19,305 nt of DNA from Chthoniobacteraceae bacterium (GTDB lineage: Bacteria; Verrucomicrobiota; Verrucomicrobiia; Chthoniobacterales; Chthoniobacteraceae), in assembly GCA_037190965.1 (NCBI GenBank), contig JBBCKI010000037.1, forward strand, positions 1 through 19,305, written 5' to 3'. A model generated the notes under the pieces. It was not told where the DNA came from. It saw only the letters and a list, made by a program, of their open reading frames with translations, and made no database searches. Of the stretch, positions 8,179 to 16,293 are shown one piece after another. The position numbers were made by a program, and so were the translations under genes. The first letter of the stretch is position 1. Each line of letters opens with the position of its first letter.

Positions 8179-9321
8179 ATGTTCAAAACGCTCTTTCTCT
8201 CATTTCTCCTAGCCTCCACCTGCCTCGCAAAAGTCGCCCCCGAGAAGGCGGCAAACACCGTCATCCTCACGGAAGCAGGCGCAAAAAACCTCAAGATCGA
8301 AACCGTCGAGGCCGAGGAACAGGATTTCGAAGAAACCGTCCTGGCTCTCGGACGCATCGAGCCGATTCCCAGCCGACGGGCGGTGGTTTCCAGCCGGATC
8401 TCGGGCCGCGTGACGGAGCTCCATGCTTCCCTCGGTGACCTGGTGAAAACCGGCGCCGACGTCGCGAAGCTCGAAAGCCGCCAGCCGGGGAACCCGCCGC
8501 CGAGCGTCGTGCTCAAAACACCGCGCGGAGGCCTCGTGACCGAAAGCCAGGCCCGGCTGGGAGAACCGGTCGAGCCGGATAAACCGCTCCTTGAAATCAC
8601 CGATCTCGAAGAAGTTTACGCCGTTGCCCGCGTTCCAGAGCATTTCGCCGGAAAGATGAAACCGGGTGCCACCGCGCACATCCGGGTGGCAGCCTTGCCG
8701 GATGAAAAGTTCGAAGGCAAGTTGCTCCGTTTCGCCACTGCGGCACACCGCGAAAGCGGAACGATCGACGCCATCTTCCAACTTCCCAACCCCGGCCTGA
8801 CCCTCCGCCCCGGAATGCGTGCTGAGTTTTCCGTCGTTCTAAGCCGCCGCGAAGGGGTGCTCAGTATCCCGCGCACCGCGATCCAGGGAGATCCTACGGA
8901 TCGCTATGTCTACGTTGTGGACTACGAGTTACCCAATGCATTCGTAAAGACGCCCATCCAGGCAGGATCTAGCAATGACCGCTTTATCGAAATCACGGAA
9001 GGCATCTTCCCGGGCGACAAAATAGTGACGCAGGGTGCCTACTCCCTTGCTTTTGCAGGCAAAGGAAGCGTCTCATTGAAGGAGGCGCTCGATGCCGCTC
9101 ACGGTCACGAGCATAACGAAGACGGCTCGGAAAAGGCAGCAGGCAAAGGAGGCTCCGGAGATAGTCATGACCACGGAGACCACGAAGGAGGACCGAGTTC
9201 GATGCTCACCCGCTTCTCCCTTGCAGCAAACGTCCTGCTTCTCACGCTCCTGGGCGTCATCACGATGCGGCGAGGCAAGGCGACCGCCTTAGCCAATAAG
9301 GACCTAGCAGGAAACGACTAG
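8179..9321 (+). CDS. RND efflux periplasmic adaptor subunit (CzcB/CusB-like), atypical architecture
   Basis: Lipoyl half-motifs SRISGRVTELHASLGDLVKTG and LKTPRGGLVT...GEPVEPDKPLLEITDL; LRPGMRAE; IPRTAI; His-rich tail and C-terminal TM. Start at 8179 gives a better signal peptide than 8146. Confidence 0.9.
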   Translation: MFKTLFLSFLLASTCLAKVAPEKAANTVILTEAGAKNLKIETVEAEEQDFEETVLALGRIEPIPSRRAVVSSRISGRVTELHASLGDLVKTGADVAKLESRQPGNPPPSVVLKTPRGGLVTESQARLGEPVEPDKPLLEITDLEEVYAVARVPEHFAGKMKPGATAHIRVAALPDEKFEGKLLRFATAAHRESGTIDAIFQLPNPGLTLRPGMRAEFSVVLSRREGVLSIPRTAIQGDPTDRYVYVVDYELPNAFVKTPIQAGSSNDRFIEITEGIFPGDKIVTQGAYSLAFAGKGSVSLKEALDAAHGHEHNEDGSEKAAGKGGSGDSHDHGDHEGGPSSMLTRFSLAANVLLLTLLGVITMRRGKATALANKDLAGND

Positions 9322-9324
9322 CCC

Positions 9325-12300
9325 ATGCTCAACAAACTCATCCGCTTTGCCCTCCGCAGCCGGGCGCTCATCCTGGGTATTTCGATCCTGGTGATGGTTC
9401 TCGGGGTCCAGACAGCCCGTGAACTCCCCGTCGAGGTGCTGCCTGATCTGACCAAGCCCACCGTGGTCATCCTCACCGAAGCCTCCGGCCTTGCGCCGGA
9501 GGAAGTGGAAGTCAACGTCACCCTGCCCATCGAGCGATCGCTCATGGGAGTCGCGGGGCTTACCCGGCTTCGATCCAATTCCGACGTGGCTCTTTCACTC
9601 GTCTACGCCGAGTTCGAGTGGGGCACCGACATTTACCGCGCGCGGCAATTCGTGCAGGAACGGCTGGCGGGAGTGCGCGAGTCGCTACCCGAAGGGGCTG
9701 AGCCTTTCCTGACGCCGGTCGCTTCGCTGATGGGAGAAATTCTCCTGGTCGGCGTCCGAAGCACGGACAACAGCCTGCCGCCGCGCGAAGTGCGCTCCCT
9801 GGCAGACTGGGTCATCCGGCCCCGGCTCCAAAGCATCCCCGGCATCGCGGAGATTCTCAACATGGGAGGCGGCATCAAGCAGGTGCAAGTTCAGCCCGAT
9901 CCGCTACGGATGCAGGCGCACGGCGTCAGCTTCGAAGAGCTGGTGAGCGCGGCAAAGGGGGCCGCGAGCAATTCGACGGGAGGATTCATCTCCACGGGCC
10001 CGCAGGAGATCATGGTGCGCAACCTGGCGATGACCGTAAACCTCGGCGACATCGCAAAGACGCTGATCAAAAAGGTTAGCGATCGCCCCATCCGCATCGA
10101 AGACGTGGCCACGGTGGAATGGGGCATCGAACCGATGCGCGGAGACGCCAGCGTGAATGGAATCCCCGGCGTCATCATGAGCATCACCAAGTCGCCCGGG
10201 TTTGATACCCTCGGGCTCTCCGAAAAAATCGAGAAGGCCATCGCCGATCTGCAAAAAACCATGCCGCCGGGAGTCGAGGCTGTCGTCCTTTTCCGGCAGG
10301 GCGATTTCATCGAGCACGCAATCGGCAACCTGAAGGAAGCGATTCGCGACGGGGCGGTGATGGTGACCATCGTCATCTTTCTGTTTCTTCTGAACTTCCG
10401 CACCACGGCCATCACTCTGATGGCGATCCCGCTCTCGTTCTCGATTACCCTGCTCACTTTCAAGTGGTTCGGGATTTCGGTGAACTCGATGACACTCGGC
10501 GGCCTGGCCGTCGCCATCGGGATGGTGGTGGACGACGCCATCGTCGACGTCGAAAACGTTTTCCGCCGTCTTCGCGAAAACGCGGCGCTGCCCAATCCGC
10601 ATCCCCGCCTGGAGGTGGTCGCCCGCGCGTCGGGTGAAGTGCGGAATTCCATCCTCTACGCCACGCTTCTCATCATCCTCGTCTTCCTGCCGCTGCTCGG
10701 GTTGAGCGGCGTCGAAGGGCGTCTCTTCGCTCCCATCGCCATTGCCACCATCGTCTCCATGGCGGCGTCGTTCATTGTCTCGCTCACCGCGATCCCGGTC
10801 CTATGCTCTCTGCTCCTCCAGCCGAAGGAAGGCGGCGAGCATGAGGACGGGCGGCTCGTTCGCGGAATGAAATGGCTGCTGGAGCACACCCTTCTGCGCT
10901 TTGGCCTGAACCAGCCTTACCTCCTCCTCGGCCTTGTCGGCATGCTCGTCATTGGGGCGTTCATGCTCTACCCGAAAATGGGCAAGGACTTCCTGCCTAG
11001 CTTCCGAGAGGAAACCGCGCTGGTCTCGATGACAACCGCCCCGGGCACCTCGTTGGATGAGGCAAACCGGATCGCCGACTCGGTCGAGCGGGAGCTGATG
11101 TCGATTCCCGAGGTTCACAAAGTCGGCCGCAGAATCGGACGCGCGGAACGAGGCGACCACGTAGTACCGGTTTCCACGGCCGAGTTCGATGTGGATTTCC
11201 GCGAAAGCGGCGAAAGCAAAGGCACCGGTAAAATCCGCTCGCGCGCGGAGATTATCGAGACGATCCGCGAAAAGATCCGCGCGGTCCCCGGCACTTTCAG
11301 CGTCGTCACGGGGCCGCTTGCAGACCGAATCGGTCACATGCTCTCGGGAGTTTCCGCGCCTGTCGCCATCAAAGTCTTCGGCCCCGATCTCGACAAACTG
11401 CGCGAGATCGGCACCCAGGTCCAGAACATCGCCAAAACGATACCGGGATTCGAAGACGCCAAACTCGACCAGCAATCGCTGATTCCGCAGTTGCGGATCG
11501 AGGCGGATAGGGAACGCGCCGCCGTCTACGGAATTACCCCCGGCAAACTCAACGCCACGCTGGCCACCCTGCTCGGCGGGGAAAAGATTGCCTCGTTGCG
11601 GGAGGGACAGCGGGAGGTAGACCTCGTAATTCGGCTGCCCCTCGAATGGCGCGATTCACCCGCCAAGCTTGCCGACCTCCCCATCGAGGTGGGCGATGCT
11701 GATGGTGGAGGCGACTTCCAACGCATTCCGCTCTCCCTGCTGGCGGAAGTGCGGGAGGCGAAAGGACCGAACGTCATCTTCCGCGAGAATAGTCAACGGC
11801 GGTTTGTCATCGCGATCAAACCGACCACCCGTGATGCCGGTGCGCTCGTTGAGCGTCTTGCGCGGCAGGTTTCGGAGCGGGTCCGCCTGCCTGAGGGCTA
11901 TTTCATCTCGTATGAGGGCGAGTTTCAGGCGCAGAAGGCTGCGTCGCAGCGGATTGCCATCCTGAGCGCGGTTGTCTTTGTGGTCATCGCATTCCTCCTC
12001 TACGGTTACTTCCGCACTCCTTTCTTTGCCATTCAGGTGTTGTGCGACATCCCGCTCGCGCTCGTGGGCGGCCTGGTATTCACTTATTTCAAGCTCAACA
12101 ATATCTCCATCGCGACCCTCGTGGGCTTTATCGCCGTGGCGGGGGTGGCGGCGCGAAATTCGATCATGCTGATCTCTCATTATCTGCATTTGATGCAGCA
12201 TGAGGGCGAAGAGTTTACTCGCAAAATGGTCATTCGCGGCACCAAGGAGCGGCTTGTCCCGGTATTGATGACGGCGCTGGCCGCAGGCATTGGCCTTATT

Positions 12301-12483
12301 CCGCTGGTACTCGCCGCCGATCAGCCGGGGAAGGAAATTCTCCATCCCGTCGCCGTGGTGATCGTCGGCGGCCTTGTAACCTCCACGCTGCTCGGCCTCG
12401 CCGTCACACCGACGGTTTTCTACACGTTCGGCCGCAAGGCCACGCAGAAATCGATCGAGCGGGAATCGCCCGCCTCTCATTAA
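9325..12483 (+). CDS. Heavy-metal efflux RND permease (CusA/CzcA family)
   Basis: 1052 aa; LPVEVLPDL, GLAPEEVE, TM4 GGLAVAIGMVVDDAIVDVENV, ERLVPVLMTAL, PVAVVIVGGLVTSTLL. Confidence 0.97.
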   Translation: MLNKLIRFALRSRALILGISILVMVLGVQTARELPVEVLPDLTKPTVVILTEASGLAPEEVEVNVTLPIERSLMGVAGLTRLRSNSDVALSLVYAEFEWGTDIYRARQFVQERLAGVRESLPEGAEPFLTPVASLMGEILLVGVRSTDNSLPPREVRSLADWVIRPRLQSIPGIAEILNMGGGIKQVQVQPDPLRMQAHGVSFEELVSAAKGAASNSTGGFISTGPQEIMVRNLAMTVNLGDIAKTLIKKVSDRPIRIEDVATVEWGIEPMRGDASVNGIPGVIMSITKSPGFDTLGLSEKIEKAIADLQKTMPPGVEAVVLFRQGDFIEHAIGNLKEAIRDGAVMVTIVIFLFLLNFRTTAITLMAIPLSFSITLLTFKWFGISVNSMTLGGLAVAIGMVVDDAIVDVENVFRRLRENAALPNPHPRLEVVARASGEVRNSILYATLLIILVFLPLLGLSGVEGRLFAPIAIATIVSMAASFIVSLTAIPVLCSLLLQPKEGGEHEDGRLVRGMKWLLEHTLLRFGLNQPYLLLGLVGMLVIGAFMLYPKMGKDFLPSFREETALVSMTTAPGTSLDEANRIADSVERELMSIPEVHKVGRRIGRAERGDHVVPVSTAEFDVDFRESGESKGTGKIRSRAEIIETIREKIRAVPGTFSVVTGPLADRIGHMLSGVSAPVAIKVFGPDLDKLREIGTQVQNIAKTIPGFEDAKLDQQSLIPQLRIEADRERAAVYGITPGKLNATLATLLGGEKIASLREGQREVDLVIRLPLEWRDSPAKLADLPIEVGDADGGGDFQRIPLSLLAEVREAKGPNVIFRENSQRRFVIAIKPTTRDAGALVERLARQVSERVRLPEGYFISYEGEFQAQKAASQRIAILSAVVFVVIAFLLYGYFRTPFFAIQVLCDIPLALVGGLVFTYFKLNNISIATLVGFIAVAGVAARNSIMLISHYLHLMQHEGEEFTRKMVIRGTKERLVPVLMTALAAGIGLIPLVLAADQPGKEILHPVAVVIVGGLVTSTLLGLAVTPTVFYTFGRKATQKSIERESPASH

Positions 12484-12523
12484 ACCCATCAACACAAACC
12501 CACCCATCCAAGAAAACATCCCT

Positions 12524-12979
12524 ATGAAAACACTAGCAGCAACCCTCCTCACCAGTCTCGCCCTCGCCATCAGCGCCCTCGCGCACGGCAATGTTGAGAT
12601 TGGCCCCAACGGAGGCCGTCTCGTCGAATTCAGCGGCCATTCCGAGATTCACGCCGAGTTCGTTTTGAAAGACGGACAGTTCGTGATTGGTCTCTACGAC
12701 GAAAAGACCAAGAAAGAGGTCCCCGTAACCAGCCAGCAACTCACCGTCACGCACAAGGAAGCCAACAAGAAGCTGAGCCCCGAGCTGAAGGACGGAAAAT
12801 GGACCGTGGCCAAACCCGATGGAGAGGACTTCTGGTTGATCATCCAGCTGAAGGAGACCGCGGAAGCCAAGGCCAAAAACGGACGCCTGCGCTATAACGC
12901 CAGCACTTGCTCCGCGTGCAACAGTCAGGAATGGCTCTGCCGGTGCGGCGGAGAAAATGAGGCTGCGGCAGCAAAATAA
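12524..12979 (+). CDS. Secreted putative metal-binding protein (candidate periplasmic metallochaperone)
   Basis: Signal peptide ending ALA, then HGNVEIGPNGGRL; C-terminal CSACNSQEWLCRC; co-oriented directly after the RND gene. Confidence 0.75.
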   Translation: MKTLAATLLTSLALAISALAHGNVEIGPNGGRLVEFSGHSEIHAEFVLKDGQFVIGLYDEKTKKEVPVTSQQLTVTHKEANKKLSPELKDGKWTVAKPDGEDFWLIIQLKETAEAKAKNGRLRYNASTCSACNSQEWLCRCGGENEAAAAK

Positions 12980-12982
12980 CGA

Positions 12983-13510
12983 CTACGCCCGAGCCCGCCT
13001 TCTGCGAACAACCGCGAGAAATACCGCGATCGTCGCCAAGCCCAGTGCCGCGCCGATCGTGTCGATCATCACATCGGTGACCGCAGCGCCGCGCGATGGG
13101 ATAAACGACTGGTGAAACTCGTCCGTCGCCGCGTAGAGCGTTGCCAGCAGCAAGGCAAAGGCAGAGCGCCTTGGGTCAAGCCGAATACCGAAACCGCGCG
13201 CCCCGAGCCCCCACCAGAAGAGGCCTGCGAGGATGGCGTACTCGGTCAAATGCCCGCACTTGCGGAAGAGAAGATGCAGAGTATCGAGGTTCTCCTGAGG
13301 AATTCCCGGGATCAACCAGCGAAAGAAAGGTTCGAAAAAGCGGGAAGTCTGATGGTGGGACATCACTTCCGTCGAGGCGGTAAAGATCACGCACATCCAG
13401 ATCCCGGCGGGAATCCACCGCGCCACCGATCCCAACCAATCTTTCCATCGAAAACCCGGTGGAAGATTGGATAGATCGGTGCAAGGAGCCTTATGATCTA
13501 GATCCAACAT
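12983..13510 (-). CDS. VanZ family membrane protein (start codon uncertain)
   Basis: WMCVIFTAST, RKCGHLTEYAILA, YAATDEFHQSFIPSRGAAVTDVMIDTIGA. Confidence 0.9.
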   Translation of the reverse strand: MLDLDHKAPCTDLSNLPPGFRWKDWLGSVARWIPAGIWMCVIFTASTEVMSHHQTSRFFEPFFRWLIPGIPQENLDTLHLLFRKCGHLTEYAILAGLFWWGLGARGFGIRLDPRRSAFALLLATLYAATDEFHQSFIPSRGAAVTDVMIDTIGAALGLATIAVFLAVVRRRRARA

Positions 13511-13521
13511 GATATTTGATC

Positions 13522-13555
13522 AAAAAAGGACACCCGGATGATTCCGGGTGTCCTT
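13522..13555 (-). terminator. Rho-independent terminator for the 13580-13969 gene
   Basis: Perfect 13-bp stem AAGGACACCCGGA / TCCGGGTGTCCTT with a 4-nt loop, followed by a U-tract on the minus strand. Confidence 0.9.
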
Positions 13556-13579
13556 GAAAAACGTAGCGTAAGGAGATGA

Positions 13580-13969
13580 CTACTTCACTGACAGCTTGAA
13601 GGTCGCCTTCTGGCCAGTGCTCTTGATGCCGGCAGCTTTGCCTTCGGCTTCAATCTTTTTGGCCACCGTGATGGGCGAGCAGCCAAGGGCATTGGCAACC
13701 GCTTTGTAATTGAGGGCTCCACCTTTGATCGCCGCAACCACCTGCGCGATGGTGATGCTGGTCCGTGCCTTCCGCTGCTTCGGTTCGACGGCGCCGCCGC
13801 TGGCCGGAGCTTTGCCGGAAATCTCCTCGATCTGTTTTTCGAGGACAACCACCGCATGCCGGGCCTCAGCGAGTTTGACTTTCAATTCGAGCAACGAACG
13901 GTGCTTCAACTGAACGATCTGACGCTCAAGTTCTTCGATCTGTTCGGAGGCGCTTAGTGTATTAGACAT
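13580..13969 (-). CDS. Small coiled-coil/basic hypothetical protein; candidate nucleoid-associated DNA-binding protein
   Basis: N-terminal heptad helix (IEELERQIVQLK...LEKQIEEI), basic linker KQRKARTS, HTH-like YKAVANALGCSPITVAKKI; own promoter and terminator. Confidence 0.75.
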   Translation of the reverse strand: MSNTLSASEQIEELERQIVQLKHRSLLELKVKLAEARHAVVVLEKQIEEISGKAPASGGAVEPKQRKARTSITIAQVVAAIKGGALNYKAVANALGCSPITVAKKIEAEGKAAGIKSTGQKATFKLSVK

Positions 13970-13980
13970 ATTCTGCCTAT

Positions 13981-14009
13981 CCGATAAGGCAATGTAATGT
14001 TTGCGTCAA
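13981..14009 (-). promoter_or_regulatory. Putative promoter for the 13580-13969 gene
   Basis: TTGACG-N17-TATCGG, 11 nt before ATG, in an AT-rich context; the -10 match is weak. Confidence 0.4.
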
Positions 14010-14234
14010 TGTCTAAAACATACGTATCGCTAATTCTAGCTTCCCCGTTGCTTTTTCCACCGCTGATATAGAAAGGCATCGCGGTAAACGCTACCCCAAC
14101 GAAGCAATATCCCGCCGTAATAAGATCCCTTATGTCACTGGTGTTGATTGCTTTTCCATGCGAAGCAACCGTCATCGCGCTCAACCAGACCCGCGATATT
14201 TACTTCCACCTGGCATTTCCAAGTCACCCCAGGA

Positions 14235-15323
14235 TCAAACAACCTCAATAGCTCCATGCGCCGCAATTACCGCAGGATGCACAATCTCGCCCTCCCAAAT
14301 ATTGATTCCGGATCTTAAATCAGGCTCCTTTAGACAAGCGCCTTCAACGCCCAAATCGGCGATCAATTCGACGTAACGATAGGTGGCATTCGTCAATGCC
14401 TGCGTGGCGGTGCGCGCATAAGCACCGGGCATATTGGCGACACAATAGTGAACAATCCCCTCCTCCATGAAAATGGGATCGTGATGCGTAGTGGGGTGTG
14501 ATGTCTCCACACAACCGCCCTGATCGATGGCAATATCGACCAGCACACTCCCGGGGCGCATGAGGCGCAGCATTTCCCGGCGGATCAATCGCGGGGCTTT
14601 TGCTCCTGGGACGAGGACGGCCCCAACCAGCAGATCCACCGACGGAAGAAGGGTCTTGAGATGCTCTTCGTTGGAATAGAGCGTGTTGGCATGCATCGTG
14701 ATGTCGAGAAAACGCATCCTCTCCAAATCGAGTTCGAGGATCGTCACATCCGCGCCGAGGCCGACTGCCATGCGCGCGGCGTTGACCCCGGCGGTGCCGC
14801 CGCCCAATACAACCACCTTGCCGGGAAGCACCCCCGGCACTCCGCCTAGCAGCACGCCGCTGCCACCCGCGTGTTTTGCGAGAAAATAGCCACCCACGAT
14901 GATCGACATCCTCCCCGCGATCTCGCTCATCGGTTCGAGCAATGGAAGCCTGCGGTTGACTACCACGGTTTCATAGGCAATGCCCGTGACTCCAGAAGCC
15001 AGCAGCGCCATCGTCAAAGGCCGATTCGCCGCGAGATGAAGATACGTGAAGAGAATCTGCCCTTTGCGCAGAAGCGGATACTCCGAAGGGAGCGGCTCCT
15101 TTACCTTGACGATCAACTCTGCGCGTCTGAAAACCTCGGAATGGGACTCTATCACGGTGGCCCCGACGCTCCGGTATTCTTCATCGGAATACCCCGATCC
15201 ATCTCCCGCCCCACTCTCCACGAGCACAAGATGCCCGCGCCTGCAAAGTTGATAAGCTCCCGAGGGAAGCAGCCCAACCCGACTTTCCTGTTCCTTGATC
15301 TCCCTGGGCACACCGACGATCAT
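14235..15323 (-). CDS. ald: Alanine dehydrogenase
   Basis: [62 protein letters not shown]. Confidence 0.97.
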   Translation of the reverse strand: MIVGVPREIKEQESRVGLLPSGAYQLCRRGHLVLVESGAGDGSGYSDEEYRSVGATVIESHSEVFRRAELIVKVKEPLPSEYPLLRKGQILFTYLHLAANRPLTMALLASGVTGIAYETVVVNRRLPLLEPMSEIAGRMSIIVGGYFLAKHAGGSGVLLGGVPGVLPGKVVVLGGGTAGVNAARMAVGLGADVTILELDLERMRFLDITMHANTLYSNEEHLKTLLPSVDLLVGAVLVPGAKAPRLIRREMLRLMRPGSVLVDIAIDQGGCVETSHPTTHHDPIFMEEGIVHYCVANMPGAYARTATQALTNATYRYVELIADLGVEGACLKEPDLRSGINIWEGEIVHPAVIAAHGAIEVV

Positions 15324-15329
15324 AAAAAC

Positions 15330-15357
15330 AGTCTACACCCATTCGGGAGCAAAACAA
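15330..15357 (-). promoter_or_regulatory. Putative promoter for ald (leaderless geometry)
   Basis: Minus strand reads TTGTTT-N16-TAGACT-N6-ATG. Confidence 0.5.
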
Positions 15358-15434
15358 AGGACCGTGAATGAAACGGAGGCATGGAAGAAGGTTCGCGCCG
15401 GGAAAGTTACGAAGTAAAATAGTGCGGCAACACT

Positions 15435-15579
15435 GGTAGCCCGCTCGCGCCGTCAAGCGCGGGTATCGACTCTCGTAGCTTTATGAGGCCTCATCCCAAT
15501 ACCAGCAGTCCATCCTGCGGGGATGGACGCCAAACGCGACCCTTCACCGATCCCGCGCTCTCGGCGAGAGCGGGCTACC
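15435..15579. repeat. REPIN-like element, copy 3 (same orientation as copy 1)
   Basis: GGTAGCCCGCTCGCGCCGTCAAGCGCGGGTAT...ATCCCGCGCTCTCGGCGAGAGCGGGCTACC; between the YqgE gene and ald. Confidence 0.85.
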
Positions 15580-15612
15580 TGGCCACTCATCTAAGTTGGC
15601 AACCCTTCTTCT

Positions 15613-16173
15613 TCAATTCAGAGACGGGTCATCCGGCGCGGAGGCAAGCAAGCGGAACCACGGGCCGTAATCCTGCATGATGGAGAACCAGAGATGAGTG
15701 CAACTTTCCGTGTCGAGCAGGTCGCGGTCGGGCTTTTGCACCACCCACGCCTTTTGCTCGAGCTCGCTCTCCAGTTGACCGCCGGTCCAACCGGCATAAC
15801 CGACGAAGCCGCGCAGGACGACCCCCGGCTCCAGCGCAAGTTGCCGCGCCTCGTCGAGATCGAGATTGGCCCGGCACTCCAGAGTCTGCGTCTCGATGTG
15901 CCATTGGAATGAAGCGAAAGTCAGCCGATCGTTCCCTACCGGACCGCCATAAAAGACCGGGATGTCGGCCAGCGGCCCCAGCCCCGGCTCATCCACGAGG
16001 TCTTTCACCCGCTTTTCGGCCTGCCGGTTCAGAACCAGGCCAAAGGAGCCGTCCTCGGGGTCGTGCGCGGCAATAAAAAGGATCGTTCGGCGAAAATTGG
16101 GATCGAGCAGGTTGGGATGCGCGATCAGAAGCGATCCCGCAAGCCCCAGCGAAGACGGTTGAAACTCACGCAC
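15613..16173 (-). CDS. YqgE/AlgH (UPF0301) family protein
   Basis: Only the last 186 aa of the 524-aa track ORF look real: LLIAHPNLLDPNFRRTI, GSFGLVLNR, VFYGGPV, GYAGWTGGQLESEL...AW. Likely GTG start at 16173. Confidence 0.92.
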   Translation of the reverse strand: MREFQPSSLGLAGSLLIAHPNLLDPNFRRTILFIAAHDPEDGSFGLVLNRQAEKRVKDLVDEPGLGPLADIPVFYGGPVGNDRLTFASFQWHIETQTLECRANLDLDEARQLALEPGVVLRGFVGYAGWTGGQLESELEQKAWVVQKPDRDLLDTESCTHLWFSIMQDYGPWFRLLASAPDDPSLN

Positions 16174-16180
16174 AGCCGAT

Positions 16181-16208
16181 AATTTAAAAGCTCCGCAGTT
16201 CGAAGCAA
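16181..16208 (-). promoter_or_regulatory. Putative promoter for the YqgE gene (leaderless geometry)
   Basis: Minus strand reads TTGCTT-N16-TAAATT-N7-GTG. Confidence 0.5.
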
Positions 16209-16293
16209 GCCCTAAGCAAGCTCCAAGGGCCTCCCTGAGTATCCGAACGTCGGAGTGGAAACGGACTTCCCATTCTGATACGACTGGCGGTTC

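Noticed and set aside
13954..14184. 76-aa minus-strand ORF upstream of the nucleoid-like gene
   Set aside because: It overlaps the putative promoter and start of that gene and has no motif or clear initiation signal; it is probably non-coding.
6300..14234. Efflux locus as a mobile genomic island
   Set aside because: It lacks the repeat copies and looks slightly more AT-rich in places, but there is no integrase, tRNA, att pair or transposase, and I could not compute composition.
16174..16293. TPP riboswitch upstream of thiG
   Set aside because: A lone CTGAG is present, but the conserved GGGG...CTGAGA...ACCTG...GGGA architecture is not.
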